DNA from: Candidatus Palauibacter polyketidifaciens
Lineage (GTDB): Bacteria > Gemmatimonadota > Gemmatimonadetes > Palauibacterales > Palauibacteraceae
Length of the DNA: 64,000 nt
Direction: 5' to 3'
NCBI RefSeq assembly: GCF_947581785.1
Contig: NZ_CANPVO010000036.1
Span: 15,490-79,489 of the forward strand
The position numbers were made by a program, and so were the translations under genes. How positions within the stretch are numbered: position 1 is the first letter of the stretch; each line of letters begins with the position of its first letter. The notes below the pieces were generated by a model. That model was given only the letters and a program-made list of their open reading frames with translations. It ran no database searches and had not been told where the DNA came from. This document shows, in pieces, positions 1 through 9,919 of the stretch.

Positions 1-1
1 C

Positions 2-138
2 CTGACGACGATCGAACTCTTTCAGTCACCCGACGTGATCGCCGCCGCGTGGGAGGAACTCCGGGCGCACCGCGGCGCGGACTTCGAGTATTCCGCACTG
101 CTGGGCGACCGCCCGCCGCCCCTCGACTACCGCCGGTA
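2..138 (+). CDS. 3' end of an upstream gene of unknown product, running off the window start. Frame 2 reads ...LTTIELFQSPDVIAAAWEELRAHRGADFEYSALLGDRPPPLDYRR then TAG.
   Basis: Open frame from window edge to stop at 136-138. The amino-acid composition looks protein-like. There is no domain call. Confidence 0.35.
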
Positions 139-149
139 GCGTTTCCGGC

Positions 150-845
150 CTAGTCCTTTCGCGGCGAGAGGCGGTCGACGAGGTCGTTCATCCAGCGGCC
201 CGCCAGTTCCTTGCATCCGAGCCCGAAGGCGAGGGCCAGGCCGAAGCCGATGGACGCGAGGATGATCAGGAAGGCATCGCCCACGAACTGGACCTGAACC
301 TGCTGCAGGGCCACCACCACGGCGAAGATGACCACGACGACCTGTGCGAACTGCCCCAGCACCTGCGCTTGCACGACACCCGCGTTGCTGGCCACGGCGC
401 GGACGGTCGCCCCCAGAAAGCCGGCAGCCAGAATCCCCAGGATCAACACGACGATGGCCGTCACGATCGTGGGCAGGAATCCGACGAGCCGCTGGAGCAA
501 CTCGGCCGTGGCGGTGAGCTGTAAGGCGTTCAGCGCCGCCACCAGCACGACGAGCATGACGATCCAGTAGGCCAGGGCTGCAACCAACTGGGAGAACGTG
601 CGTTCGATGCCTCCCTTGGCCAGCATCTCCGCCAACTGGATCCTCTCGGCCAGGCTGTCCGCCTTCACGGCCCGGAGCAGCCGGATGAGCGCCGTCTTGA
701 TCAGCCTGGCGACGATCCAGCCACCGACCAGGATCGCCACCACAGCCACGAGGTTGGGCAGAAACCCGACCAATTGATCGAGGAAGGCGCGGATCGGCTC
801 AAGCAATATCGCGTCCCAATCCATGTCCATCGTGATTCCCTCCAT
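150..845 (-). CDS. Membrane protein with repeated conserved TM helices (TM_helix / MscS-like N-terminal repeat family).
   Basis: 231-aa ORF. It has four or five hydrophobic helices with a recurring motif: LVGFLPNLVAVVAILVGGWIVARL, LVGFLPTIVTAIVVLILGILAAGFLGA. It is not Arg/Pro-rich junk. Confidence 0.6.
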   Translation of the reverse strand: MEGITMDMDWDAILLEPIRAFLDQLVGFLPNLVAVVAILVGGWIVARLIKTALIRLLRAVKADSLAERIQLAEMLAKGGIERTFSQLVAALAYWIVMLVVLVAALNALQLTATAELLQRLVGFLPTIVTAIVVLILGILAAGFLGATVRAVASNAGVVQAQVLGQFAQVVVVIFAVVVALQQVQVQFVGDAFLIILASIGFGLALAFGLGCKELAGRWMNDLVDRLSPRKD

Positions 846-1033
846 CGCGAAAAACGGTTGCTGGTCAGCGCCGCGTCGCTACCCGCGGCTCCATTTATTC
901 ACGACGACTCGGGGGGCGGCCTCCGCCCGGGCCGATAGAAGACTTAGAATGATGAGCAGGAGCGCAGGTCACCAGCCCGACACCGTATCCGGCCGCGGTC
1001 CGGAGCGACGGCGGGCGGGTTCCGGGGGGGTCG

Positions 1034-1477
1034 TCAGCGGACCCGCACCGTACCCGCGGGCTCGACCCGGGCGCGGGACATCCGGCGCAGGATCTCGAAG
1101 TCCTCCGCGGCGAGAGCGATGACGGGCGGAGCGCGGTCGTAGAGCTGAGCGGCGACGATGGCGGCGAGCGCGAGGAAGGTGTCGGGCCCGCGGGTCAGGA
1201 GCGCCGACGGGGCCGTGCCGCGCCGGATGGCCTCGAGGAGGACGGCGGTCGTCGTGCTGGAGCCGCGGGTCGCCGGGATGGCGAGGATGCGGCCGGCGCC
1301 GACCTCGCCGGCCAGCGGATGGCGCCGGTCGATGATCTCTCCGGTCTCCGCGTCGTAGCCGCCCCAGAAGCTGAGCGGTTCGGAGGAGTACAGGACGGCG
1401 CCTTCCGCGGCGCCCGCGACGAGCGCTCTGCCGGTCAGCGGACCGAAGCCCGACGGGGCGGCGGGTCGATCGCTCAC
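1034..1477 (-). CDS. Aconitase X swivel-domain small subunit (DUF126, AcnX small subunit).
   Basis: The motif AEGAVLYSSEPLSFWGGYDAETGEIIDRRHPLAGE is the DUF126 signature. A GTG at 1477 overlaps the stop of the large-subunit gene as GTGA. An alternative GTG start lies at 1492. Confidence 0.8.
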   Translation of the reverse strand: MSDRPAAPSGFGPLTGRALVAGAAEGAVLYSSEPLSFWGGYDAETGEIIDRRHPLAGEVGAGRILAIPATRGSSTTTAVLLEAIRRGTAPSALLTRGPDTFLALAAIVAAQLYDRAPPVIALAAEDFEILRRMSRARVEPAGTVRVR

Positions 1478-2754
1478 GGCTCGGCGGTCCACGCGCCGTC
1501 GTCGCGCGTGACGCGGCCGGCGACGGCCGACTCCACGCAGTCGGCCAGGCTCCCGAAGGCGACGGCGCGCTCGAGCAGGCCCGGCGTATACCAGGCGTAC
1601 TTGGCGGAGTTGGTCATGAGCCGCCGGATGCTCGCCGGCAGCATGGGCGTCGTCAGGATGCAGGTGTCGACGGTCAGCTCCCCTCCAAACGATTCGATCG
1701 CGTCGAGGTATCCGGCCTCCCGCGCGAGCGCGCGCACGGCGCGGCCCGTGGTGATCAGCAGGCGCACCCCGGGGTGGAGCCGCCGGTCGTCGACGAGCCG
1801 CGCCAGGGCCGCGAACTCCGACAGCGAGAAGTGCGGGCTCCCCAGCACGACGAGGTCAAGGCCGTCGGCGTCGGACAGCCCCGAGCCGAGTTCGTCCCGC
1901 GCCTCCCGCAACTCGGTCGGGCCCGGACGCAGCCGAGTCGCCGGTTCCCTCGCCTGAAACGCCGCGCCCCGATCGGGCGCCTCGGGCGTGAGGCCGACCC
2001 AGTGGAACAGGCCCACGGCGCCCGAGGAAGCCATGGCGGCCCCGAGCGCCTTGAGGTCGTCCTCCCCCGGCCGTGCCCGGAGCCCGTCGAGCACCGGGAT
2101 CCGCCCCTCCACGCGCAGCCCGACCCAGTGTCCCAGCACCGGATACAGGGAGGGTTCATCCGCGAGCCGCCGCGGGACGCGGGAGAGATCGACGAGCACC
2201 TGCCCCGCGCGATTCCCGGTCAGATGAAGCCCGGCGGCGGGGGCCCGTCCCGTGACCGCGCAGCAGATGTCCAGCAGGTCAGGATAGCGCTCGGTGCGCG
2301 CGCCCAGCACCGAGTTCGCGAACACGATCGCGCTCGACTCGCCCCACGCGACCTGCTCTCCGATCCCCGGACGCGCCTGCGTCTGGTACGGCGCGCACGT
2401 CCAGGTGGGCTCGCAACCCATCGCCTCGTACGCCTCCATCTGGCGCCGCGCCGGTTCCGCCCATGATTCGTCCACGTCCCACTCGCGCCAGCCGTGTTCG
2501 TCCACGCCCGACACGTTGAGCGTCGTCCGCACCCGCACCCGCGCACCGCCATCGGCCAGCCGTTCCGCGAACTCGAGCGTCGCGGGTCCCTGATAGAGCG
2601 ACGAGTCGATATGCGCCGCCGTGATGTCGAGCAGTTCCCGCGCCCCGATCACGTCGGCCATGCGCGCGAGGATCGACATCGCGAGCCGGGCCCCCTCCCC
2701 CTCATCTCCCGCCAGGAACGCAAGATCCCGCTCGTCCAGACGAACGCTCGTCAC
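1474..2754 (-). CDS. Aconitase X catalytic large subunit (DUF521). The family includes cis-3-hydroxy-L-proline dehydratase and mevalonate-5-phosphate dehydratase.
   Basis: 426 aa. The N-terminus ...AMSILARMADVIGARELLDITAAHIDSSLYQGPATLEFAERLADGGARVRVRTTLN is typical of AcnX. It is translationally coupled to the DUF126 gene. Start codon is GTG. Confidence 0.8.
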   Translation of the reverse strand: MTSVRLDERDLAFLAGDEGEGARLAMSILARMADVIGARELLDITAAHIDSSLYQGPATLEFAERLADGGARVRVRTTLNVSGVDEHGWREWDVDESWAEPARRQMEAYEAMGCEPTWTCAPYQTQARPGIGEQVAWGESSAIVFANSVLGARTERYPDLLDICCAVTGRAPAAGLHLTGNRAGQVLVDLSRVPRRLADEPSLYPVLGHWVGLRVEGRIPVLDGLRARPGEDDLKALGAAMASSGAVGLFHWVGLTPEAPDRGAAFQAREPATRLRPGPTELREARDELGSGLSDADGLDLVVLGSPHFSLSEFAALARLVDDRRLHPGVRLLITTGRAVRALAREAGYLDAIESFGGELTVDTCILTTPMLPASIRRLMTNSAKYAWYTPGLLERAVAFGSLADCVESAVAGRVTRDDGAWTAEP

Positions 2755-2822
2755 GCTGCTATATTCCGGGCGCGAGCGAGACGATCATGATCGAGAACCG
2801 GCTCCAGACGGCAGGCGAGACC

Positions 2823-3557
2823 ATGCGCATAGTCTATTTCCTTCCCGGTCCCATGTCCCGCGGTCCCCTCGGGCCGCCGGAACTCGTCCGGCGCGAAGCC
2901 TTTCTCAACGCCGCAGCCTTCGGGGGCACCGAGGTCGAGGTTCGGGAGACGGACGACGGCCCTGCATCGGTCGAGTCTTCCGCAGAAGAATATCTCTCCG
3001 TCCCCGGCATTCTGCACGCCGCGCCGCGTCTCGAGGCGGAGGGGTTCGACGCCATGATCATCGGGTGTTTCGGCGACCCCGGCCTCGCGCCGGCCCGTGA
3101 ACTCGTAGGCTTCCCCGTCATCGGCCCGGGCCAGGCTGGAGCGCTCGCCGCGGCGCAGATGGGGCAACGCTTCGCGATCATCACGGTCGTGGACGAAGTC
3201 GTGCCCGCGATTCGCCGCCAGATGCGGGGGTACGGGCTCGAAGGACTGGTGGCGGACATCCGGGCGGTCGACGTACCGGTGCTCGAACTTCGGCAGCGTG
3301 CGGATCAGGTGCTCGAGACGCTCGAGACGGAGGCCCACGCGGCGCTGCGCGCCGGCGCGGACACGCTCGTGCTGGGCTGCATGACGATGGGATTCCTCGA
3401 CGTGGCCCGGAAGCTTTCCGAGCGCCTCGGCGTGCCCGTCATCAACCCCGTCCTCGCGGCGCTAAAGGCGGCGGAGTCGTTCGCCGCCACCGGCCTCCGG
3501 CCGTCCCCGCGCGCCTATCCCCCGCCCCGCAAGGAGATCTCGCCCGCCCCCGTCTAG
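2823..3557 (+). CDS. Asp/Glu/hydantoin racemase family protein (PF01177), like hydantoin racemase or arylmalonate decarboxylase.
   Basis: MRIVYFLPGPMS..., GFDAMIIGCFGDPGL, LVLGCMTMG: two conserved Cys-containing half-site motifs. An alternative ATG lies at 2787. It is divergent from the AcnX operon. Confidence 0.75.
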   Translation: MRIVYFLPGPMSRGPLGPPELVRREAFLNAAAFGGTEVEVRETDDGPASVESSAEEYLSVPGILHAAPRLEAEGFDAMIIGCFGDPGLAPARELVGFPVIGPGQAGALAAAQMGQRFAIITVVDEVVPAIRRQMRGYGLEGLVADIRAVDVPVLELRQRADQVLETLETEAHAALRAGADTLVLGCMTMGFLDVARKLSERLGVPVINPVLAALKAAESFAATGLRPSPRAYPPPRKEISPAPV

Positions 3558-3585
3558 CCTGCGCCCGTCCGGTCGACAGCCGGCG

Positions 3586-4986
3586 TCAGGGTCGGATGAC
3601 GCCGACGCCGTTCTCGATCGTCATCGTCGTCCCGAACTCGGCGGAGAGCTTCGCGAGACCCTCGAGGATCTCCTGCCCGTGCGCGTCGTCGGCCATCATC
3701 GGCCGCCCCCGCACCGGCCGCGGCAACTGCCAGCCCATGGTGATCGGGTGGAGCTGGACCTCCTTCAGCTTCCCGCCCTCGTACTCCACGACGGGGACGA
3801 CGCTCTCCCAGAACCCCTTCCCCGCCGGGAAGGATGAGGCGCCGGCCCGCTCGATCCGCACATCCTGGAACCGGCCCGGAAGGTCCTGGTACCCCAGCCC
3901 CTGGGCCTCGTAGTTGTCCTGCGGCTGGAACTCGATCGTCTCGTTCTGCATGGCGAAGTTCGCCAGCGAGTAGAAGATCGGCTTTCCCCGGTACATCTCG
4001 ACCGCCCGCAGGATGTGGGGGCCGTGGCCCACGAACATGTCCGCGCCGGCGTCGACGGTCGCCCGGGCGACGTCGACGAGGAAGTCCGCCGGCACCTCGC
4101 GGCGGTCCGCGCCTTCGTGCGAGTGGCTCGTGACGATGACCCACTCGGCCTGACGCTGCGCCTCCTTCACGACTTCGATGATCTCCGCCAGGTCCCCGGT
4201 GTGCGGCACCGTCTTCACGTCCGGCTTGTCGCCCACCACAAACGTCATGCCGCCGAAGTTCAGCGTCGAGCCGGAACCGCCGTTCCGTCCCGCCACAGAG
4301 AGCGCGTCGCGGAGGCCCGCCATTTGATCGGCGCTCACGGTCACGTGCCGCTCGTACCGGATCGGGCTCAGCCCCGGCCGCCCCCGCACGTCCGGCCGCT
4401 GGTGGCCGGCCCGCATCGCGTCGGCGAAGGTCGAGGCGATCGAAATCAGCGCGACCCGGCCGCCGGGCGTGTCCACGTAGGCCGGGGCCCTCGCCCGCGC
4501 GAGGTTCTCGCCGAAGCCGGCGACGGCGAGTCCCGCCGCCTCGGCCGCCGCCACGGTGCGCCTCGCCCCGCCGGCGCCGAAGTCCATCGTGTGGTTGTTC
4601 GCGAGGCTCACCATGTCGAACCCGAACCAGGCGAGTTCGTGCGCGATTTCCGGCTCCGCCCGCATGTAGGTGCCGCCGCTCGCCGCCGCCGGGATCACGT
4701 CGTCCTCGTAGTCGTGGAACAGGATCTCGAGGTTCACGAACGCGGTGGTCGCACTCTGGATGATGTCGCGCAGCGCGAGAAACTCGGGCTCCCGGTACGG
4801 AGACATCTTCCGGGAGATGATCGCGTCGCCCGCGAGGGCGATGGACATGTCCCCGCGCGCGTCCTCGAACGCCTGCGCTTCGAGTGCGACGGGTTTCGCG
4901 AGGGAGACTCCGGCCGCGAAGAAGACGGCGGCCGCGAACCCGGCCAGCGGGAGGGAGAGCGAGAGCGGAAAACGATACCGGCGCAT
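3586..4986 (-). CDS. CapA/PgsA-family metallophosphoesterase-like protein (poly-gamma-glutamate synthesis CapA family).
   Basis: Signal peptide MRRYRFPLSLSLPLAGFAAAVFFAAG. Motifs HSHEGADRREVPADFLVDVARATVDAGADMFVGHGPH and IFYSLANF. ATG at 4986; the upstream 57 codons of the listed ORF are read-through. Confidence 0.8.
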   Translation of the reverse strand: MRRYRFPLSLSLPLAGFAAAVFFAAGVSLAKPVALEAQAFEDARGDMSIALAGDAIISRKMSPYREPEFLALRDIIQSATTAFVNLEILFHDYEDDVIPAAASGGTYMRAEPEIAHELAWFGFDMVSLANNHTMDFGAGGARRTVAAAEAAGLAVAGFGENLARARAPAYVDTPGGRVALISIASTFADAMRAGHQRPDVRGRPGLSPIRYERHVTVSADQMAGLRDALSVAGRNGGSGSTLNFGGMTFVVGDKPDVKTVPHTGDLAEIIEVVKEAQRQAEWVIVTSHSHEGADRREVPADFLVDVARATVDAGADMFVGHGPHILRAVEMYRGKPIFYSLANFAMQNETIEFQPQDNYEAQGLGYQDLPGRFQDVRIERAGASSFPAGKGFWESVVPVVEYEGGKLKEVQLHPITMGWQLPRPVRGRPMMADDAHGQEILEGLAKLSAEFGTTMTIENGVGVIRP

Positions 4987-5089
4987 GAGTGCCTCCGATG
5001 AGGGTGCCTGCGGGAACCTTCTCCGTGCGGGCCCGCTTCGGGCACCGCTTTCTTGTGCGGGTCGCGTGCGATCCGACAGATTCGAGCGC

Positions 5090-6718
5090 ATGGACGACAA
5101 CATGCTTTCCCCAACCCCGCGCCGCCACGCCGGACGGGCGCTCCCGGCCGTCCTCACCGCGGCGGGCCTGCTTGCGGGGACGGCCGCCGCCCGGCCCGCC
5201 GCAGCCCAGAGTTACGACCTCGTCATCCGCGGCGGCACCCTCGTGGACGGTTCGGGTGGGCCGCCGCGCGCCGGCGACGTCGCGATCGACGGGGACCGGA
5301 TCGCGGCCGTGGGCGACTTGGGCGCGGCCACCGCCGGCCGGGTCATTGACGCGAACGGCCTGCACATCTTCCCCGGCTTCATCGACACGCATTCCCACGC
5401 CATGCCGGCGCTGCTGCGCGACGAACTGCGGACGGCGCGCCCCCTCCTCGCGCAGGGGATCACGACGATCTTCGCGAACCCCGATGGCGGCGGCACCGTC
5501 GACCTCGCCGACCAGCGGGCGCGGATTCGGGCCCCCGGCGTCGGGGTGAACGTGGGGCAACTCATCGGGCACGGGAGCGTCCGCCGCGCGGTGCTCGGGA
5601 TGCAGGCGCGCGAGGCCACGCCCGAGGAACTCGACCGCATGCGGACTTTCGTGCGCGACGGGATGGACGGGGGCGCCTTCGGGCTCTCCTCCGGCCTCTA
5701 CTATTCGCCGGGGTCGTACGCCCCCACCGGCGAGGTCGTCGAACTCGCGAAGATCGCGGCCGGGTACGGAGCCGTGTACCAGAGCCACATCCGCGACGAG
5801 TCGGACTATTCGATCGGCCTGCTCGGGGCCGTCGACGAGGTCATCGAGATCTCGCGGGGCTCCGGCATCACCGGCGTCGTCACTCACGTCAAGGCGCTCG
5901 GTCCCCGGGTATGGGGCGAGTCCGCCGAGGTCGTCCGCCGCATCGAGGCCGCCCGGGCGGAAGGTCTCCCGGTCTACGCGGACCAGTATCCCTACGGGGC
6001 CTCCGGCACGAGCATTATCGGAGCCCTGGTCCCCCGCTGGGCGCTCGCCGGCGAGGGCGGCGACCTGTACGAGCGCATCGAGGATCCCGGTGAACGCGCC
6101 CGGCTCGTGCCGGAGATGTGGGAGAACCTCGACCGCCGGGGCGGCGCCGACCGGCTCATGCTCCAGGGCGGCCCCCACGGGGGCCGGACGTTGGCCGATG
6201 TCGCGGAGGAGCGCGGGGTGGACGCGATCGAGACCGCGCTCGCCCTGCTCGTGGAGGCGCGCGGAGGCGGCGGAGGCACCGGCCTGACCTCCTTCAACAT
6301 GAACGACGAGGACATCGAGCGCTTCATGGCGCAGCCCTGGATGATGACCGCGTCCGACGGTTCGCTCTGGGTGCCGGGCGAAGGACACCCTCACCCGCGC
6401 GGCTTCGGCGCCTTCCCGCGGCGGATCCGCAAGTACGTGATGGAGGAAGGCGTCACCACGCTCGAACAGGCGATTCACGCCATGACTGCGCTCCCGGCCC
6501 GCGTGTACGGGATCGAAGGTCGCGGCGTGCTCCGAACAGGCGCGGTCGCCGATGTCATCGTCGTGGACCTCGAGCGGTTCCGCGACACCGCCGAATACGA
6601 CGACCCGCACGGTCTCGCCGAGGGGGTCGAGTACTCCCTCGTCAATGGTACGCTCGCGATCGACGGGGGCCGCTTCACGGACGCCCTCGCAGGCGAAGCG
6701 CTCGTCAAGGCACGATAA
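5090..6718 (+). CDS. N-acyl-D-amino-acid deacylase (D-aminoacylase) family amidohydrolase.
   Basis: TAT-like signal RRHAGRALPAVLTAAGLLAGTAAARPAAAQ. SYDLVIRGGTLVDG...DGDRIAAVG...FPGFIDTHSH. ATG at 5090. It is divergent from the CapA gene across a 103-bp intergenic region. Confidence 0.8.
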   Translation: MDDNMLSPTPRRHAGRALPAVLTAAGLLAGTAAARPAAAQSYDLVIRGGTLVDGSGGPPRAGDVAIDGDRIAAVGDLGAATAGRVIDANGLHIFPGFIDTHSHAMPALLRDELRTARPLLAQGITTIFANPDGGGTVDLADQRARIRAPGVGVNVGQLIGHGSVRRAVLGMQAREATPEELDRMRTFVRDGMDGGAFGLSSGLYYSPGSYAPTGEVVELAKIAAGYGAVYQSHIRDESDYSIGLLGAVDEVIEISRGSGITGVVTHVKALGPRVWGESAEVVRRIEAARAEGLPVYADQYPYGASGTSIIGALVPRWALAGEGGDLYERIEDPGERARLVPEMWENLDRRGGADRLMLQGGPHGGRTLADVAEERGVDAIETALALLVEARGGGGGTGLTSFNMNDEDIERFMAQPWMMTASDGSLWVPGEGHPHPRGFGAFPRRIRKYVMEEGVTTLEQAIHAMTALPARVYGIEGRGVLRTGAVADVIVVDLERFRDTAEYDDPHGLAEGVEYSLVNGTLAIDGGRFTDALAGEALVKAR

Positions 6719-6731
6719 CTCAGGAGCAGGC

Positions 6732-9700
6732 ATGCGATTCTCCGCCGCGATTCCCGGAACACGAACCGTTCTCGCACCTCTGGTTGCCGTCGCCGCCCTC
6801 GCGGGGCCTCTCGTCGCACAGGATGGCGCGAGCGCGGGTGAACTTCCCGCCGGCGTCCGAAACCCGGCCCCGTCTGCGGACACGGTCGATCCAAGTCTCT
6901 TCGGCGGCCTCTCCTTCCGCTTCGTCGGCCCGTCGCGCGGCGGCCGCGTCACGGCGGTCGAGGGGCACCGGTCCCATCCCCACACCTTCTACCAGGGGGC
7001 GACCGGCGGCGGCGTGTGGAAGACGACGAACTACGGGATGACGTGGGAGAATATCTCCGACGGATATTTCCGGTCTCCCTCCATCGGCCATATCGAAGCG
7101 GCCGACTCGGACCCGAATATCATCTATGTGGGCACGGGCTCGGACGGCATCCGCTCGAATATCATCATCGGGAAGGGCATCCATAAGTCGACGGACGCGG
7201 GAGAAACGTGGACCCACGTCGGGCTCGAGGACGGCGGCCAGATCGCTTCCGTGAAGGCCCACCCCGACAATCCCGACCTCGTCTATGCGGCCGCGATGGG
7301 TAACCCGTTCATCAACAACGAGACGCGGGGCGTCTATCGCTCGTCGAACGGCGGCCTCGACTGGGAGCGCATCCTCTTCACCTCGGACTCCGTCGGGGCG
7401 GTGGATCTCGAGTTTCATCCGGCGGACCCCAATGTCATTTACGCCGGGATGTGGCGGGCGCAGCGGCGTCCGTGGTCGATCATCTCCGGGGCGAGCGACG
7501 AAGACGGGATCTGGAAGACGACGGATGGGGGCGACACGTGGCGGCGGATCACGGCCGGGCTCCCGGACGGCCTCATCGGCAAGGTCGACTTTTCCGTCTC
7601 GGCGGACATGCCCGACCGGGTCTACGCGCTCGTGGAGGCGCCCGAACCGATCGAGGGCCTGTACCGCTCGGACGACGCGGGCGAGACGTGGGAGCTGGTC
7701 AACGACGACCCGCGGAACCAGCTCATGCACCGGCCCTTCTACTTCGCCAACGTGATTGCGGACCCGATGGATGGGAATGTCGTCTATGTCCTCAATCTGT
7801 CCACCTGGAAGTCGACGGACGGCGGAGAGACTTTCAGCACGATCCCGAACGTCCATGGGGATGACCACGATCTGTGGATCAACCCCGACGACTCGCGGAT
7901 CATGGTGCACGGGAGCGACGGCGGCGGAGTCGTGACGCTGGATGGCGGTCAGACGTGGTCGCCGGTCAACAACCAGCCCACCGCTGAACTCTACCAGGTC
8001 GATGTGGACGACCGCTTCCCGTACTGGCTTTACGCCGGACAGCAGGATGATGCCTATACGGTCGCGGTGCCGAGCCGGCAGCCCTCCCTCTCCGCGCCGG
8101 GCGGTCCCGACGCGTACTGGCGCTCGCCGGGCGGGTGCGAGACGGGTCCCGCCGTGCCGAAGCCGGGCGATCCCGACGTCGTGTACGCGAACTGCAAGGG
8201 GCGTTTCGGGGTCTACAACCAGCGTACCGGGCAGGAACAGCAGTACTACGTCGGCGCGGTGAACATGTACGGGACGAACCCCGCCAACCTCCCCTACCGC
8301 TTCCAGCGCGTCGTGCCCATCGAGGTGTCGCCGCACGACCCGAACCTTGTCTATCACGGCTCGCAGTACGTGCATCGCACGCGCGACGGGGGTCGCACGT
8401 GGGAGCGGATCTCGCCGGACCTCACGGCGTTCCCTCCCGAGCGGCAGATGGTGTCGGGCGGGCCGATCACGCGCGACGCGACGGGCGAGGAGCACTACTC
8501 CACGCTCTACGTGATCGAGGCCTCGCCGCACGACCCCGAAGTGATCTGGACGGGTGCGAACGATGGCCCGGTGTACGTGACGCTGGATGGCGCGGCGTCC
8601 TGGGAGAATGTGACGCCGGCGGACATGCCGCCCGAGGGCCGCATCAACTCGATCGACATCTCCCGGCACGATCCGGACAAGGTGTACGTGGCCGGGTACC
8701 GCTTCCTGCTCGGCGACTTCCGGCCGTACGTCTACCGGACGGAGGACGCGGGCGAGACGTGGACGCTTCTCACCGACGGGACGAACGGGATCCCGGCGGA
8801 CGTGCCCGTGCGGGTCGTGCGCGAGGATCCGGACCGCGCGGGCCTCCTGTACGCGGGGACGGAGTTCGGGCTCTTCATCTCCTTCGACGACGGGGCGACG
8901 TGGCAGTCCTTCCAGCTCGACCTCCCGCTGACGCCGGTGACGGACATCGAGGTGTACCGGCAGGACCTCGCGCTCTCGACGATGGGCCGGGGGTTCTGGG
9001 TGCTGGACGATGTCACGCCGCTGCACGAGATCGGCGCGGACGGGTCGGTCGCGGCGGGAGGCGGGGCCCACCTGTTCGAGGGACGGCCGCAGTACCGCAC
9101 GCGGCCCGGACGGAACTCGGGCTTCGAATGGGCCTCGAATACGGCGCGGCCGGACTACCGCGGCGGGGGTGCGGACATCAACTACTGGATCTCGCCCGAG
9201 CTGGGACCCGACGAGACGGTGCGGGTCGAGATCCTCGACGCGGACGGCGAGGTCATCCGGACCTACGCCAGCGGCGGGGGCGGCAGCGCGGGCCGGGCGG
9301 GGGGACCGGCGATGCAGCGCATGGCGCCGCGCGGCGGGACCATGCGAGGCGTCTCGTCGGCGCCGGGCGTGCACCGGCTGCGCTGGGATCTGCGTTCGCA
9401 GGGCGAGGGCCGCGGCGGGCCGATGGTGCCGCCGGGCGAGTACACCGTCCGCCTTTCGGCGGGCAACATGACGGTCGAGGCAGGGCTCGAACTGCGGATC
9501 GACCCGCGGGTGGCGGCGGAGGGGGTGACCGTCGCCGACCTCGAGGAGCAGTACCGGTTCAACCTCGCCGTGCGGGAGACGATGGCGGACGCCCGTGAGG
9601 TCGCGGACGGCATCGACGGCCTGCGCGATCAGATCGAGGAGGCGCGCGCGGACGCCGGTGGCGGTCGCAACGAGACGCTCGACGAACTCGCCGCGGAACT

Positions 9701-9911
9701 CGCCGAACTCGACGCTCGCGTGAACGACGCGGCGGGCAGCTATCCGCGCCCCATGCTCCTGAGCCAGCTCAACTATCTCGCCGGCATGACCGGGCGGGCC
9801 GACCAGGCGCCGGGGGCCGACGCATACGAGCGCCACGAGGAGCTCCAGGAGGAGGTCAGCGAGGTCGGCGACTGGTTGCAGACGCTGGTCAGGAGGCTGA
9901 CCGCAACCTGA
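6732..9911 (+). CDS. Large secreted BNR/Asp-box and sortilin-VPS10-type beta-propeller repeat protein (glycoside-hydrolase-like, 1059 aa).
   Basis: RBS AGGAGCAGG followed by ATG. Signal peptide MRFSAAIPGTRTVLAPLVAVAALAGPLVAQ. Repeated S-x-D-x-G-x-T-W Asp-box motifs (STDAGETW, TTDGGDTW, SDDAGETW, STDGGETF, TRDGGRTW, TEDAGETW, FDDGATW). Confidence 0.8.
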   Translation: MRFSAAIPGTRTVLAPLVAVAALAGPLVAQDGASAGELPAGVRNPAPSADTVDPSLFGGLSFRFVGPSRGGRVTAVEGHRSHPHTFYQGATGGGVWKTTNYGMTWENISDGYFRSPSIGHIEAADSDPNIIYVGTGSDGIRSNIIIGKGIHKSTDAGETWTHVGLEDGGQIASVKAHPDNPDLVYAAAMGNPFINNETRGVYRSSNGGLDWERILFTSDSVGAVDLEFHPADPNVIYAGMWRAQRRPWSIISGASDEDGIWKTTDGGDTWRRITAGLPDGLIGKVDFSVSADMPDRVYALVEAPEPIEGLYRSDDAGETWELVNDDPRNQLMHRPFYFANVIADPMDGNVVYVLNLSTWKSTDGGETFSTIPNVHGDDHDLWINPDDSRIMVHGSDGGGVVTLDGGQTWSPVNNQPTAELYQVDVDDRFPYWLYAGQQDDAYTVAVPSRQPSLSAPGGPDAYWRSPGGCETGPAVPKPGDPDVVYANCKGRFGVYNQRTGQEQQYYVGAVNMYGTNPANLPYRFQRVVPIEVSPHDPNLVYHGSQYVHRTRDGGRTWERISPDLTAFPPERQMVSGGPITRDATGEEHYSTLYVIEASPHDPEVIWTGANDGPVYVTLDGAASWENVTPADMPPEGRINSIDISRHDPDKVYVAGYRFLLGDFRPYVYRTEDAGETWTLLTDGTNGIPADVPVRVVREDPDRAGLLYAGTEFGLFISFDDGATWQSFQLDLPLTPVTDIEVYRQDLALSTMGRGFWVLDDVTPLHEIGADGSVAAGGGAHLFEGRPQYRTRPGRNSGFEWASNTARPDYRGGGADINYWISPELGPDETVRVEILDADGEVIRTYASGGGGSAGRAGGPAMQRMAPRGGTMRGVSSAPGVHRLRWDLRSQGEGRGGPMVPPGEYTVRLSAGNMTVEAGLELRIDPRVAAEGVTVADLEEQYRFNLAVRETMADAREVADGIDGLRDQIEEARADAGGGRNETLDELAAELAELDARVNDAAGSYPRPMLLSQLNYLAGMTGRADQAPGADAYERHEELQEEVSEVGDWLQTLVRRLTAT

Positions 9912-9919
9912 GATAGCGC

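Noticed and set aside
3554-6985. 1143-aa minus-strand ORF spanning the CapA, D-aminoacylase and BNR gene starts.
   Set aside because: It is a shadow ORF. It crosses three independently supported genes on both strands. Its composition is dominated by R/G/P/A.
6720-9836. 1038-aa ORF on the minus strand, antisense to the BNR/VPS10 gene.
   Set aside because: It is Arg/Pro/Gly/Val-rich with no motifs. It is the expected open antisense frame of a 70% GC gene. The sense-strand product has clear Asp-box repeats and a signal peptide.
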